Origin: an uncultured delta proteobacterium
Lineage (GTDB): Bacteria; Desulfobacterota; Binatia; Binatales; Binataceae
Length of the DNA stretch: 64,000 nt
Assembly: GCA_963794325.1 (NCBI GenBank)
Contig: CAWCDG010000008.1
Span: 38,628-102,627, forward strand
Direction: 5' to 3'
Below the pieces are notes generated by a model. It searched no databases and was not told where the DNA came from. It saw only the letters and a list, made by a program, of their open reading frames with translations. The position numbers were made by a program, and so were the translations under genes. Shown in pieces: positions 49,361-58,693 of this stretch. How positions within the stretch are numbered: the first letter of the stretch is position 1; every line of letters begins with the position of its first letter.

Positions 49361-51478
49361 TTATGCGTGCGCGTGGGCGTGCGATTTGGCCCCGGCGGCC
49401 TCGCGCGCCGCATGCGTTTCCTTGACTATCTTTTCCGCGACCGGAGCCGGAGCCTCCTCATAGTGCGAAAAGTGCTGCTCGAACGATCCCCGCCCCGACG
49501 TGATCGATCGCAGGTCGGGCGCGTATTTCAGCACCTCCGACATCGGCACCTGCGCCTTGATCACCTGGCCGTTACCCTTGCTGTCCATGCCGAGGACCTT
49601 GCCGCGACGCGAGTTCAGATCGCCAATCACGTCGCCCATGCATTCGTCGGGACACGCCACTTCGATCGCGACGATCGGTTCGAGGATGATCGGCCGCGCT
49701 TTTTCCAGCGCCGCCTTGAATCCCATCGAGGCCGCAATCTGAAACGCCATGTCCGACGAGTCCACATCATGATAGCTGCCGTCGAACACGGTGACGCGCA
49801 CGTCCACCATCGGATACCCGGCCAGGAATCCCTCGGGCAGCGTATTGCGCACGCCCTTCTCGACCGACGGAATAAAGTTGCGCGGGATCACGCCACCGAC
49901 GATGTTGTCGACGAACTCGAAGCCTTTGCCGCGCGGATTCGGCTCGATCTTCAACCAGCAATCGCCGTATTGCCCGCGTCCGCCTGACTGCCTCTTGTAC
50001 TTGCCCTGCGCCTCGGCGCGTCCCTTGATCGTTTCCTTGTATGGCACCTTGGGCGCTTGCAGCTCGACGTCGACATTGAATTTCCGGCGCAGCTTCTCGA
50101 CCGTGATTTCGATATGCATCTGGCCGGTGCCCGACAATATGATGTCGTGGGTCTGCGGATCGCGATGCATCTCCAGCGAGAGGTCCTCCTCTATCAGCTT
50201 CTGCAGCGCGGCCGACGACTTCTCCTCGTCGCTTTTCGTCTTGGGATGAATCGCAAAAGAGATGACGCCACTCGGACGCGTCAGCGGCGGCATGATTAGC
50301 ACCGGCGCCTTCTCATCGCACAGCGTGTCTCCGGTCGTCGTGTCCTTCAACTTCGCGACGGCGACGATCTCGCCCGCGATCGCGCTGGCAATCGGCGATT
50401 GCTTCTTGCCTTCAAGCCGCAGCAATTGACCGAAGCGCTCCTTCGTTTCGCGGGTCGAATTGAGCACCGACCCATCGCTTTGCGCGTGTCCTGAAATAAT
50501 CCGGAAGATCGACAGCTTGCCCGCAAACGGATCGATAATCGTCTTGAACACCAGCGCGGCGAACGGCGCTGCCGGATCTGCAGGACGACTCACGGGCTCG
50601 CCGGTCGTAGGATTTTGGCATTCGACCGGCGGTCGCTCGTTGGGCGCGGGCAGATAGGTCGTCACCGCATCGAGCAGCGGCGCGATTCCGATATTTTTGG
50701 CGCCGGATCCGCAGAACACCGGCGTGATTTTCCGCTCGACGACGGCCGCATGCAGCGCCGCGCGAACTTCAGCGTCGTCGAGAGTGCCCTTGTCGAGATA
50801 TTTTTCGAGCAGCGCGTCGTCAGTCTCTGCCACCGCCTCGAACAGCGCGGTGCGCGCCGCTTCCGCCTGTGTCTTCAGCTCCGCGGACAGTTCCTCTTCC
50901 TTGAATTTGCCGCTGGTGTCGGCATAGGTCAGCGCTTTCATCGCGAGCACGTCCACCACGCCCTTGAAGCCGAGCTCCTCGCCAACGGGAATCGTCAGCG
51001 CGACGGCGCGCGCGCCGAGCACCTTCTCGAGGTCCTTCATCGCGGCCTCGAAGCTGGTGCGCTCTCGATCGAGCCGCGACACGAACGCGATTCGCGGCAG
51101 CTTGAGCTCTTCGGTCGCGGCCCAGATTTTTTCCGATTCGATCTTGGTGTCCGCGCCCGGACTTATCAGAATCACGACCCCGTCCACTGCGCGCAACGTC
51201 GTGAGCGTCTCGGGCAGAAACGCGGTGTAGCCGGGCGTATCGGCGAAAACTACTTCAGTTTTTTTCCAGTTGAGATGATTGAACGAGGAACTAATCGAAA
51301 TATGATGCTTGGTCTCCTCGGGCTCGAAGTCCATCGCGGCCGATCCGTCGTCAGGCCGTCCGAGTCGTGGCGCCGCACCCGCCGTAAAGAGCATCGCATC
51401 CGCGGCCTGCGTCTTGCCGGTCCCGCCCTGGCCCACGATTGCGATTGTCCGAAGCCTGTTGATTTCCTCCACAGCCAT
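49361..51478 (-). CDS. Elongation factor G paralog (EF-G2-like)
   Basis: GQGGTGKT, DTPGY, GQMHIEI, KRQSGGRGQYG, DGSYHDVDSSDMAF, GDLNSRRG; GAGG RBS before ATG 51478. Confidence 0.9.
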   Translation of the reverse strand: MAVEEINRLRTIAIVGQGGTGKTQAADAMLFTAGAAPRLGRPDDGSAAMDFEPEETKHHISISSSFNHLNWKKTEVVFADTPGYTAFLPETLTTLRAVDGVVILISPGADTKIESEKIWAATEELKLPRIAFVSRLDRERTSFEAAMKDLEKVLGARAVALTIPVGEELGFKGVVDVLAMKALTYADTSGKFKEEELSAELKTQAEAARTALFEAVAETDDALLEKYLDKGTLDDAEVRAALHAAVVERKITPVFCGSGAKNIGIAPLLDAVTTYLPAPNERPPVECQNPTTGEPVSRPADPAAPFAALVFKTIIDPFAGKLSIFRIISGHAQSDGSVLNSTRETKERFGQLLRLEGKKQSPIASAIAGEIVAVAKLKDTTTGDTLCDEKAPVLIMPPLTRPSGVISFAIHPKTKSDEEKSSAALQKLIEEDLSLEMHRDPQTHDIILSGTGQMHIEITVEKLRRKFNVDVELQAPKVPYKETIKGRAEAQGKYKRQSGGRGQYGDCWLKIEPNPRGKGFEFVDNIVGGVIPRNFIPSVEKGVRNTLPEGFLAGYPMVDVRVTVFDGSYHDVDSSDMAFQIAASMGFKAALEKARPIILEPIVAIEVACPDECMGDVIGDLNSRRGKVLGMDSKGNGQVIKAQVPMSEVLKYAPDLRSITSGRGSFEQHFSHYEEAPAPVAEKIVKETHAAREAAGAKSHAHAHA

Positions 51479-51571
51479 GGAGTTCACCTCTCAGCTTGCC
51501 CGCCGGGACCAGCGCCGATTTCAGAGCGCCGCGCCCCGATCGATGCAGTTATTTCGCCGTCCTTACATATT

Positions 51572-52370
51572 CTACTCGTACGCCCCCTCCACGCTTACCT
51601 CGCCCGCGACCACCCGCTCGACGCGGTCTCCGATGTCTAGCAGCAGTGCACCTGTCCCGTCGATTCCTTTGACGACTCCCGATTGACGCCGGTCGCCGTC
51701 CACAATCGCGATACGCCTGCCGGTCAGCGCCGAGAAGCGCTCCCACGCGGGGCGGACCGCATCGAAACCGCGCGTCAGGGTTTCCATATAGCGAACGTCG
51801 AGCAGATTAAAAAGCGAGTCGGCGATCGCAATCCGGTCGCATGGGTGCCCGGTCGCGATCCGCATCGAGGTCGCCTTGTCGCGCAGTTCGACTGGGATGT
51901 CGTCGGCGGCGAGATTGATATTAAGACCGATCCCAAGCAGCACGCAGTCGAGATTCTGTCGCGCGTCGGTGACCGCCTCGGCGATAATGCCGCCGGCTTT
52001 CCGTCCTCGGAGCCACACGTCGTTGGGCCATTTGAGCGCGACGATACCGGGCGCTTGACGTTCGAGCGCCTCAGCCGCCGCGATACCGGCCACCAGGCTC
52101 ATCCGCGGCACATCGGCGAGCGGAATCGGCGGTCGCAGAATTATCGTCGTGTACAGATTGACGCCTGAAGGCGAATGCCAGGTGCGGCCCATCCTGCCCC
52201 GCCCCGCATGTCTGCCGCTCTGCGATAACCAGCGTGCCCTGATCGGCGCCGCTCGCAGCCAGCTCGCGCGCGGCTTCCTGGGTTGAATCGATCTCGTCGA
52301 AATAATGGATTCGCCAGCCCACTCGGCCGGGCGCGCCTCGTTCGATTGACAGGTAAGGATTCTGAGGCAT
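51572..52370 (-). CDS. birA: Biotin-[acetyl-CoA carboxylase] ligase (no HTH); one +1 frameshift near 52208
   Basis: EIDSTQ..IAERQT|AGRGRMGRTWHSP, KWPNDV..RKAGGI, GIGLN; removing 1 nt gives 266 codons. Confidence 0.9.
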
Positions 52371-52421
52371 TACTTTAAGTTCTCGCCGCGGCCGTTCGCG
52401 TCGGGCGCGCATGGCGCCCGC

Positions 52422-53273
52422 CTATGAGACTCCGTCAATTCTCATGCTGATATCGAGAAACCGCGCCGAATGGGTCAGCGCACCGACCGAGATCAGATCG
52501 ACGCCCGCCTCCGCAATCGCGCGAACGCTATCGAGCGAAACGCCGCCGGAAACTTCGAGCAGAACTTTCGCTCCCGCCAGCGCGCGCGCCTTGCGGATAT
52601 TGTCGAGCGTCATGTTGTCGAGCAGGATCGCATCGGCGCCGGCTTTAAGTGCTTCTTCAACTTGCGCAAGCGTCTCGCATTCAATTTCGATTTTAAGCGT
52701 ATGTGGCGCGACCCGGCGGGCCCTCTCGATCGCTTTCGTCACCGTCCCCGCCGCCGCGATATGGTTCTCCTTGATCAGCACGCCGCTATCCAGCCCCAGC
52801 CGATGATTCCGCCCCCCACCGACGCGAACCGCATATTTCTCGACAACCCGCAGCCCCGGATGGGTCTTGCGCGTATCGATAATCTTCGCGCGCGTCCCCG
52901 CAACCGCATCGACAAACGCGCGCGTCGTCGTCGCGATCCCCGAAAGCAACTGCACGAAGTTGAGCGCCGTGCGTTCTCCGATCAATAATCCCGCGAGCTT
53001 ACCCTCGATCTCGGCCAGCACGTCGCCCGCCTTCAGATCCGCACCTTCAGTCTTAAGCGAAACAATACGCGGCTCAGCGCCGGCCTGCCGCATCACAGGC
53101 TCGATCAATATTCCGCCCGCAAGAATCATCCGCGGTTCTTTGACAGTGATCCTCGCCCGCCCCTTCGCCCCCGGCGCGACAGTCGCCGCAGTCGTGATAT
53201 CGCCCTGCCCCACATCTTCAGCAAGCGCTCGCCTGATGAGTTCAGTAGGATCAAATTGCTTGAACAATTCCAT
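52422..53273 (-). CDS. nadC: Nicotinate-nucleotide pyrophosphorylase (carboxylating)
   Basis: EDVGQGDITT, ERTALN, DTRKTHPGLR, NHRLGL, LLDNM, SVGALTHS. Confidence 0.96.
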   Translation of the reverse strand: MELFKQFDPTELIRRALAEDVGQGDITTAATVAPGAKGRARITVKEPRMILAGGILIEPVMRQAGAEPRIVSLKTEGADLKAGDVLAEIEGKLAGLLIGERTALNFVQLLSGIATTTRAFVDAVAGTRAKIIDTRKTHPGLRVVEKYAVRVGGGRNHRLGLDSGVLIKENHIAAAGTVTKAIERARRVAPHTLKIEIECETLAQVEEALKAGADAILLDNMTLDNIRKARALAGAKVLLEVSGGVSLDSVRAIAEAGVDLISVGALTHSARFLDISMRIDGVS

Positions 53274-53309
53274 CAGCTCGCCGCCACCGCAGCATCCCCT
53301 CCCCCTTTC

Positions 53310-53705
53310 CCGGTGTCATTCAGAGAGTCTGTGAAGTGATTGAGCGCAGCGAATCTTACCTCGCCCGTTATTTTACGGGAGAGGCGGCCGGCGGGCGCAG
53401 CCGCCGGTAGGTGAGGGTTCTGGGCCACATCACAAACGCCGGGCAGCTCACTTTTTGTGTCATTCAGAGCGCAGCGAAGAATCCCGGATCCTTCTTCCCC
53501 TCTCTCTGTCAGGGAGAGGATCAAGGTGAGGGTCCGTGTACAGCGCGCTTCCTTCGGCGCGCGATGCAAGATACCGCTCCCATCCTTAAAAGGTTGTCGA
53601 CCCTGCCCGGCGTTGAACCTCACCCGCGCTCGCCGCGTTCCGCGCTCCCGCGACCTCTCCTCGGACAATGAGAGGTTAATACCTTCGCTGCGCTCAGAAC
53701 GGCAG
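53310..53705. repeat. Mosaic of REP-like palindromic elements in the nadC-valS spacer (includes family C copy 2 at 53359-53422)
   Basis: GTCATTCAGAGCGCAGCGAAG (53459) versus CTTCGCTGCGCTCAGAACGGC (53683) inverted pair; CCCTCTCTCT/AGGGAGAGG..GGTGAGGG (about 53498-53532); degenerate inverted family C unit at about 53616-53675. Confidence 0.8.
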
Positions 53706-53712
53706 GAAGAAC

Positions 53713-56358
53713 TCATACGCGCTCTTCCAACTGCCGCAATTGCTCGCTCAGCAGCTTTCGCTGCGCTTGCAAGCCTTCGAATCTTTGCGCAACTTCGACT
53801 CGCGTTTCTGGATCGGCTTTGGTCATGAAGCGCTCGTCGTTCAGCCGCGCTTCATGCTGCGCGGCATGCTTGCCGACCTCGTCAAGCTGCTTCTGTAACT
53901 TCTGACGCGCGACCTGAAAATCGTAACCGTCAGGCGCATCGACGCCAACGTCTGCCCATCCAAGATGCGCGAACACCGCGCGATCTCCCGACGCATCGAC
54001 ATTCAACGCCTCGAGTTTCGCTAGCGTCGCCGCGTAACGCACCCATGTCTCCAGCCCTTTGGCATCAGCCGCTTTGATCACAGCGGTCACCCGCTGCCCT
54101 GGATGCCATCCGAGCAACGACCGTAGCGAGTTGATCGCCTCAGTCGCCTCGATGCAATGATTCATCGCGACGTCTTCTTCCGCCGACAACGGATTCGTCG
54201 CCGACGGCTCAGGATACTTCGCGATCGGCAGATGCGCCGCGAGATTCTCCTCATCAATGTACGGCCGAATCACCTGCCAGATCTCTTCCGACACAAACGG
54301 CATGAACGGATGCAGCAATCGCAGCATCTTGTCGAATACGTTGATCAGCACCCATCGCGCGCTGGCCTGCCGCTCGCCGCCGGCCTTCAACGGTTCCTTC
54401 GACAGCTCGATATACCAATCACAGAACTCATGCCAGATGAACTGATACAGCTTCATCGCCGCGACATTGAATTCGTACGCATCGATCGAGCCGCTCACCT
54501 CGCGAATCGCATCGTCGAGCCGCGACAGAATCCAACGATCGGCGAGACTCAGCTGCTCCTGCCGTGGACGCGGCAGCGGCTGAGGCGCCCCTTCGAGATT
54601 CATCATCACGAAACGCGCGGCGTTCCAGATTTTATTTGCGAATGCGCGCGACGCGGCAAATCTGTCGTGCGACAGGATTACGTCGCGCCCCTGTGCAGCC
54701 AATTGCGCCAGCGTGAATCGCACGGCGTCAGCGCCATACTGTTCCATCAAGTCGAGCGGGTCAACGACGTTGCCCTTCGTCTTGCTCATCTTCTTGCCCT
54801 GCGCGTCGCGCACCAGCGGCGTGATGTACACGTCCTTGAACGGCACCTCGTCGGTGAACTCGAGCCCGAACATCATCATCCGCGCGACCCAGAAAAAAAT
54901 TATGTCGAAGCCCGTGAGCAGCAGGCTGGTCGGATAGTAGCGCGCGAAGTCCGCGGTTTCCTCGGGCCATCCGAGCGTGGACATCGGCCACAGGCCCGAG
55001 CTGAACCACGTGTCGAGCACGTCGTCGTCCTGGACGATGTCGGAGCCGTCGCATTCGGGGCATCGCGACGGCCGCTCGGCGGCGACGATCAGATGGTTGC
55101 AGCGCACGCATCGATATGCCGGAATCCGATGGCCCCACCACAGTTGCCGCGAGATACACCAGTCGTGGATATTCTCGAGCCAGTTGAAAAACACGTTCTC
55201 CCATCGCTTCGGATGGAACGTCGTGTCGCCTTTGCGCACCGCCTCGATTGCGCGATCGGCCATCGCGCGCATCGCCAGGAACCATTGCTCGGAAAGCATC
55301 GGCTCCACGATCGTATCGCATCGCGAGCACGTGCCGACTGCATGCTTGTGCGGCTCGATCTTCTCGAGGAGCCCCGCGACTTCGAGATCCTTGACGATTT
55401 GCTTGCGCGCGTCCTCCCGCGACATCCCCCGATACTGGCCGCCGTCTTCGTTGATATGCGCAATGTTGTCGAAGATCGAGATCTGCTCGAGGCCGTGCCG
55501 CTTGCCCAGTTCGAAGTCCACCGGGTCGTGCGCAGGCGTGACTTTTAGAGCGCCGGTCCCGAATTCGCGATCGATAACGGCGTCGGCAATGATCGGTATC
55601 TCGCGCCCTATCAGCGGCAGCAAAACCGTCTTGCCGACGTACGACTTGTAGCGCTCGTCGTCGGGATTCACCGCGACCGCCGTATCACCGAGCATCGTCT
55701 CGGGCCGCGTCGTGGCGATCGTGATCGACTCGCTACCACCGCTGAGCGGGTAGCGGATGTACCAAAGGCTGCCCTGCACATCCTGGTGTTCGACTTCGAG
55801 ATCGGACAGCGCCGTTTCGCATCGCGGGCACCAGTTGATCAGCCGCTTGGCTCGATAGATGAGTTTTTTGTTGTAGAGATCGACGAAGACTTTGGTCACC
55901 GCTTGCGACAAGCCTGCGTCCAGCGTGAAGCGCTCGCGGCTCCAGTCGCACGACGCGCCGAGCCGCCGCAACTGGTTCAGGATTCGATGACCGTAATTGT
56001 CGCGCCACTCCCATACCCGATCGACAAACGCGTCGCGGCCCAGTTGATGCCGGTCCTTGCCTTCCTTCGCGAGATCCTTTTCGACCGCGTTCTGCGTGGC
56101 GATTCCCGCGTGATCGGTGCCCGGCAGCCACAGCGTGTTGTAACCCTGCATCCGGCGCGTGCGCACGATGATGTCCTGCAGCGAGACGTTGAGCGCATGC
56201 CCGAGATGGAGCTGGCCGGTGACGTTGGGCGGCGGGATTACCACCGAAAAGACTTTGCCGGGGCGCTCCGGATCGGCCTTGAAGTAGCCAAGGTCGATCC
56301 ACAGTTGAAACCATCGCTCTTCAGCAGACTTCGAATCGAATGTTTTGGGCAAATCCAC
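53713..56358 (-). CDS. valS: Valine-tRNA ligase
   Basis: PPPNVTGQLHLGH, DHAGIATQ, ATTRPET, DWCISRQLWWGH, KMSKT, C-terminal coiled coil. Confidence 0.98.
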   Translation of the reverse strand: MDLPKTFDSKSAEERWFQLWIDLGYFKADPERPGKVFSVVIPPPNVTGQLHLGHALNVSLQDIIVRTRRMQGYNTLWLPGTDHAGIATQNAVEKDLAKEGKDRHQLGRDAFVDRVWEWRDNYGHRILNQLRRLGASCDWSRERFTLDAGLSQAVTKVFVDLYNKKLIYRAKRLINWCPRCETALSDLEVEHQDVQGSLWYIRYPLSGGSESITIATTRPETMLGDTAVAVNPDDERYKSYVGKTVLLPLIGREIPIIADAVIDREFGTGALKVTPAHDPVDFELGKRHGLEQISIFDNIAHINEDGGQYRGMSREDARKQIVKDLEVAGLLEKIEPHKHAVGTCSRCDTIVEPMLSEQWFLAMRAMADRAIEAVRKGDTTFHPKRWENVFFNWLENIHDWCISRQLWWGHRIPAYRCVRCNHLIVAAERPSRCPECDGSDIVQDDDVLDTWFSSGLWPMSTLGWPEETADFARYYPTSLLLTGFDIIFFWVARMMMFGLEFTDEVPFKDVYITPLVRDAQGKKMSKTKGNVVDPLDLMEQYGADAVRFTLAQLAAQGRDVILSHDRFAASRAFANKIWNAARFVMMNLEGAPQPLPRPRQEQLSLADRWILSRLDDAIREVSGSIDAYEFNVAAMKLYQFIWHEFCDWYIELSKEPLKAGGERQASARWVLINVFDKMLRLLHPFMPFVSEEIWQVIRPYIDEENLAAHLPIAKYPEPSATNPLSAEEDVAMNHCIEATEAINSLRSLLGWHPGQRVTAVIKAADAKGLETWVRYAATLAKLEALNVDASGDRAVFAHLGWADVGVDAPDGYDFQVARQKLQKQLDEVGKHAAQHEARLNDERFMTKADPETRVEVAQRFEGLQAQRKLLSEQLRQLEERV

Positions 56359-56537
56359 CGGTACGCTCCGTCGAAAAAAGGTCGCAGGGGCTCAAATCAT
56401 ATTGCCCCGCCAGTCACCTCTCAAGCGCGATCCGCCTCCGCTCAATTTACAGCTTGTAAAAACCGATCGGTTAATAATATCGTGCCCATGCTTGGATTTG
56501 GGGAACGGGTTGTACTCGAATGCGGAGGGAAAACTTC

Positions 56538-56792
56538 ATGGCTGACCTGCTTCGTAGACTAGGTATTGCGGCCGCGCTTGGAACGTTGATTGTCGCGGGC
56601 GTGTCGGGTTGCAGTTCGATGTCCACCGACCACGTCGATTGCAACGTCGTGAAGTTGCAGCAGCAGTCGGGTCGCTCCGACGCGGAAATCGCGACGGCGG
56701 TCGGCGGCAGCGAGGCGGATGTCGCGAAGTGCCACGGCGCGGAGCATACCGGCAACAAGGATTCGCAAAGCGCGGTGCCGGCGCCATATTGA
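56538..56792 (+). CDS. Small lipoprotein
   Basis: GGAGG RBS, signal peptide with lipobox VSGC, two further Cys. Confidence 0.7.
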   Translation: MADLLRRLGIAAALGTLIVAGVSGCSSMSTDHVDCNVVKLQQQSGRSDAEIATAVGGSEADVAKCHGAEHTGNKDSQSAVPAPY

Positions 56793-56824
56793 GCGCGCGC
56801 GATCGCGGCGCGACTCTATTGGAT

Positions 56825-56910
56825 TGGTGCGAGAGAGGGGACTTGAACCCCTACGAGCTTGCGCTCACAAGGTCCTGAGCCTTGCGCGTCTGCCATTCCG
56901 CCACTCTCGC
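56825..56910 (-). tRNA. tRNA-Leu(CAG)
   Basis: GCGAGAG acceptor stem, CAAGG-CTCAGGA-CCTTG anticodon arm, long variable arm, GGTTCAAGTCC T-arm, encoded CCA. Confidence 0.96.
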
Positions 56911-57028
56911 GGGCGAAGTCAGGAGTATACGGTTTAACCGGCTGATGATTCCAATTCAAGACGGGTTTCGATTGTTCGCGCGGACGTCTTGAGCGCGCGA
57001 TGCTGGTGCAACACAATCTGCGGTTACG

Positions 57029-57724
57029 ATGAGTGAACGGGTTCGCGGCGCTATAGCGCTTGCGCCGGCGCCGGGGGCGTCATCGCTCGCGCTGGACCTG
57101 AGCGCCGGCGACGGCCTTTCGAGCCGGCTCCTTGCCGATCGCGGATGGCGCGTCGTATCCACCGAGTATCGTACCCGCAAGCCCGGCTGGATCGCGGTCA
57201 ACCTCGACAACGATCTCCCGTTCAGCACCGCGAGCTTCGATTTGGTCATGATGCTCGAAGTGATCGAGCATCTCGCCGACATCCCGCACATGCTCGGAGA
57301 GATCGCGCGCGTGATGAAGCCCGGCGCGCTCGCGATCGTCACCACGCCGAATCGCCTGAACGTCAGCTCGCGGATACATTACCTGCTGAGCGGCTACTAC
57401 AAGGGACGGCGCGCGCCGCTGGCGTATAAATACCGCGTTGCGGACGGGCGCAACTGGCACGTGATGGGTCTCAACGACCTGCATTGGATCGCATGGGGCG
57501 CGGGACTTCGAATGGACGCGATCGGCCGCAGCCGCCGCAAGATGCGATCGCGAATCCTCGCGCCGATCCTGTGGCCGTTCATCGCGGGGTTCTCGTGGAT
57601 GCTCTATGGTCGCGTGAAAGATCCAGCGCAGCGCAAAATCAATCGTGAGCTGCTCGGCTTCATGACCAGCGCGAGCCTGCTGATGGACGAAAATATCATC
57701 ATGCGATTTCGCAAAGCAGATTAG
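57029..57724 (+). CDS. Class I SAM-dependent methyltransferase
   Basis: LDLSAGDG, LPFSTASFDLV..EVIEHL, RVMKPG, TTPN. Confidence 0.85.
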   Translation: MSERVRGAIALAPAPGASSLALDLSAGDGLSSRLLADRGWRVVSTEYRTRKPGWIAVNLDNDLPFSTASFDLVMMLEVIEHLADIPHMLGEIARVMKPGALAIVTTPNRLNVSSRIHYLLSGYYKGRRAPLAYKYRVADGRNWHVMGLNDLHWIAWGAGLRMDAIGRSRRKMRSRILAPILWPFIAGFSWMLYGRVKDPAQRKINRELLGFMTSASLLMDENIIMRFRKAD

Positions 57725-57726
57725 CG

Positions 57727-58572
57727 TTGAAGACCTCGGTTATAATCGCGACGCACAATCGCCCCGACTCGCTTCCGCAATTGATCGCGAGCCTCGCGCC
57801 CGAACTCGCGACTGGCACCCGCGAAATCATCATCGCTGAAAACGGCACGCCGGCTCCGACGCATCTCGCGCTCGAAGGCCTGCCCCTCAAGCATCTGCAC
57901 GAACCGCGCGCCGGAAAGTGCCGCATCCAGAATCGTGCTATCGCGCAAGCCACCGGCGAAATTCTGGTATTTCTCGACGACGACCTGGTCGTCGCGCCGG
58001 GCTACCTCGAGGCCGTCGAGCAGTTCTTCGACACGCATCGCGAGTTCGCCGCGATGAAGGGCCGCATCCTTCCCGCCGAAGATCCCGAAAAGAAAGTCGG
58101 CCCGATGGCGGTTTACCTGGACCTGCCGATCGCCGATCACGGCGACGAAGTTATTGAAGTGCGCGGCGTGCTCGGCGCGAACATGGCGTTCCGTGCGGAT
58201 GCGATTAAGCAAGTGGGCTCCTTCGACGAACGTCTCGGTCCCGGCGCGGGTGGGCATGAAGAAGAAACCGAGATGTCGCAGCGGCTCCGGCGCGTGGGCT
58301 TTCGAATCGGCTACGCGCCCACGGCGCTCGTCTATCACGAAGTTGATCCGTCGCGCGCGAATCGCGATCGCTTCATCAGAATTGCGCGCGAGCGCGGCCG
58401 ATGCCGGATGCTGCACGAGAAGCATTCCGCCGCTGACGTGATTCTGAAAAACGCAATCGCGATGACCCGGCTGCGAGTCGCTCAGTTGACCGGCGCGGAT
58501 CTCGCGAGAATCGCGCGCGAGGAACGCCGCCTCGCAATCGCCCGCGGAATGTTCGACGGCCTCGGCAACTAA
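57727..58572 (+). CDS. GT2 glycosyltransferase
   Basis: SVIIATHNR, FLDDD, GANMAFR, FDERLG. Confidence 0.88.
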   Translation: MKTSVIIATHNRPDSLPQLIASLAPELATGTREIIIAENGTPAPTHLALEGLPLKHLHEPRAGKCRIQNRAIAQATGEILVFLDDDLVVAPGYLEAVEQFFDTHREFAAMKGRILPAEDPEKKVGPMAVYLDLPIADHGDEVIEVRGVLGANMAFRADAIKQVGSFDERLGPGAGGHEEETEMSQRLRRVGFRIGYAPTALVYHEVDPSRANRDRFIRIARERGRCRMLHEKHSAADVILKNAIAMTRLRVAQLTGADLARIAREERRLAIARGMFDGLGN

Positions 58573-58574
58573 CA

Positions 58575-58646
58575 TCACTGGGTGCAGGGGTCACCCCTGC
58601 CGAAGGAAGCGTGAAACCCACCGCGGGTTTCACATTGAATAAAGTG
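58575..58646 (+). repeat. Repeat family B copy 2 (two hairpins)
   Basis: tcactgggtGCAGGGGtcaCCCCTGCcgaaggaagcGTGAAACCCaccgcGGGTTTCACattgaataaagtg. Confidence 0.88.
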
Positions 58647-58693
58647 ATTTCCCCTTCCTTCAACCCAGTGGGAACCAGGTGATTTGCCCTTCC

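Noticed and set aside
53273-53716. 147-aa minus-strand ORF spanning the nadC-valS gap
   Set aside because: Its sequence is the translation of palindromic repeats (e.g. TLTLILSLTERG) with no protein motif; probably spurious despite abutting both genes
56359-56445. T-box leader for valS
   Set aside because: No T-box consensus or terminator, and the leader is short
56825-56910. tRNA-Leu as an integration site for an island
   Set aside because: No integrase and no duplicated tRNA 3' end seen in the window
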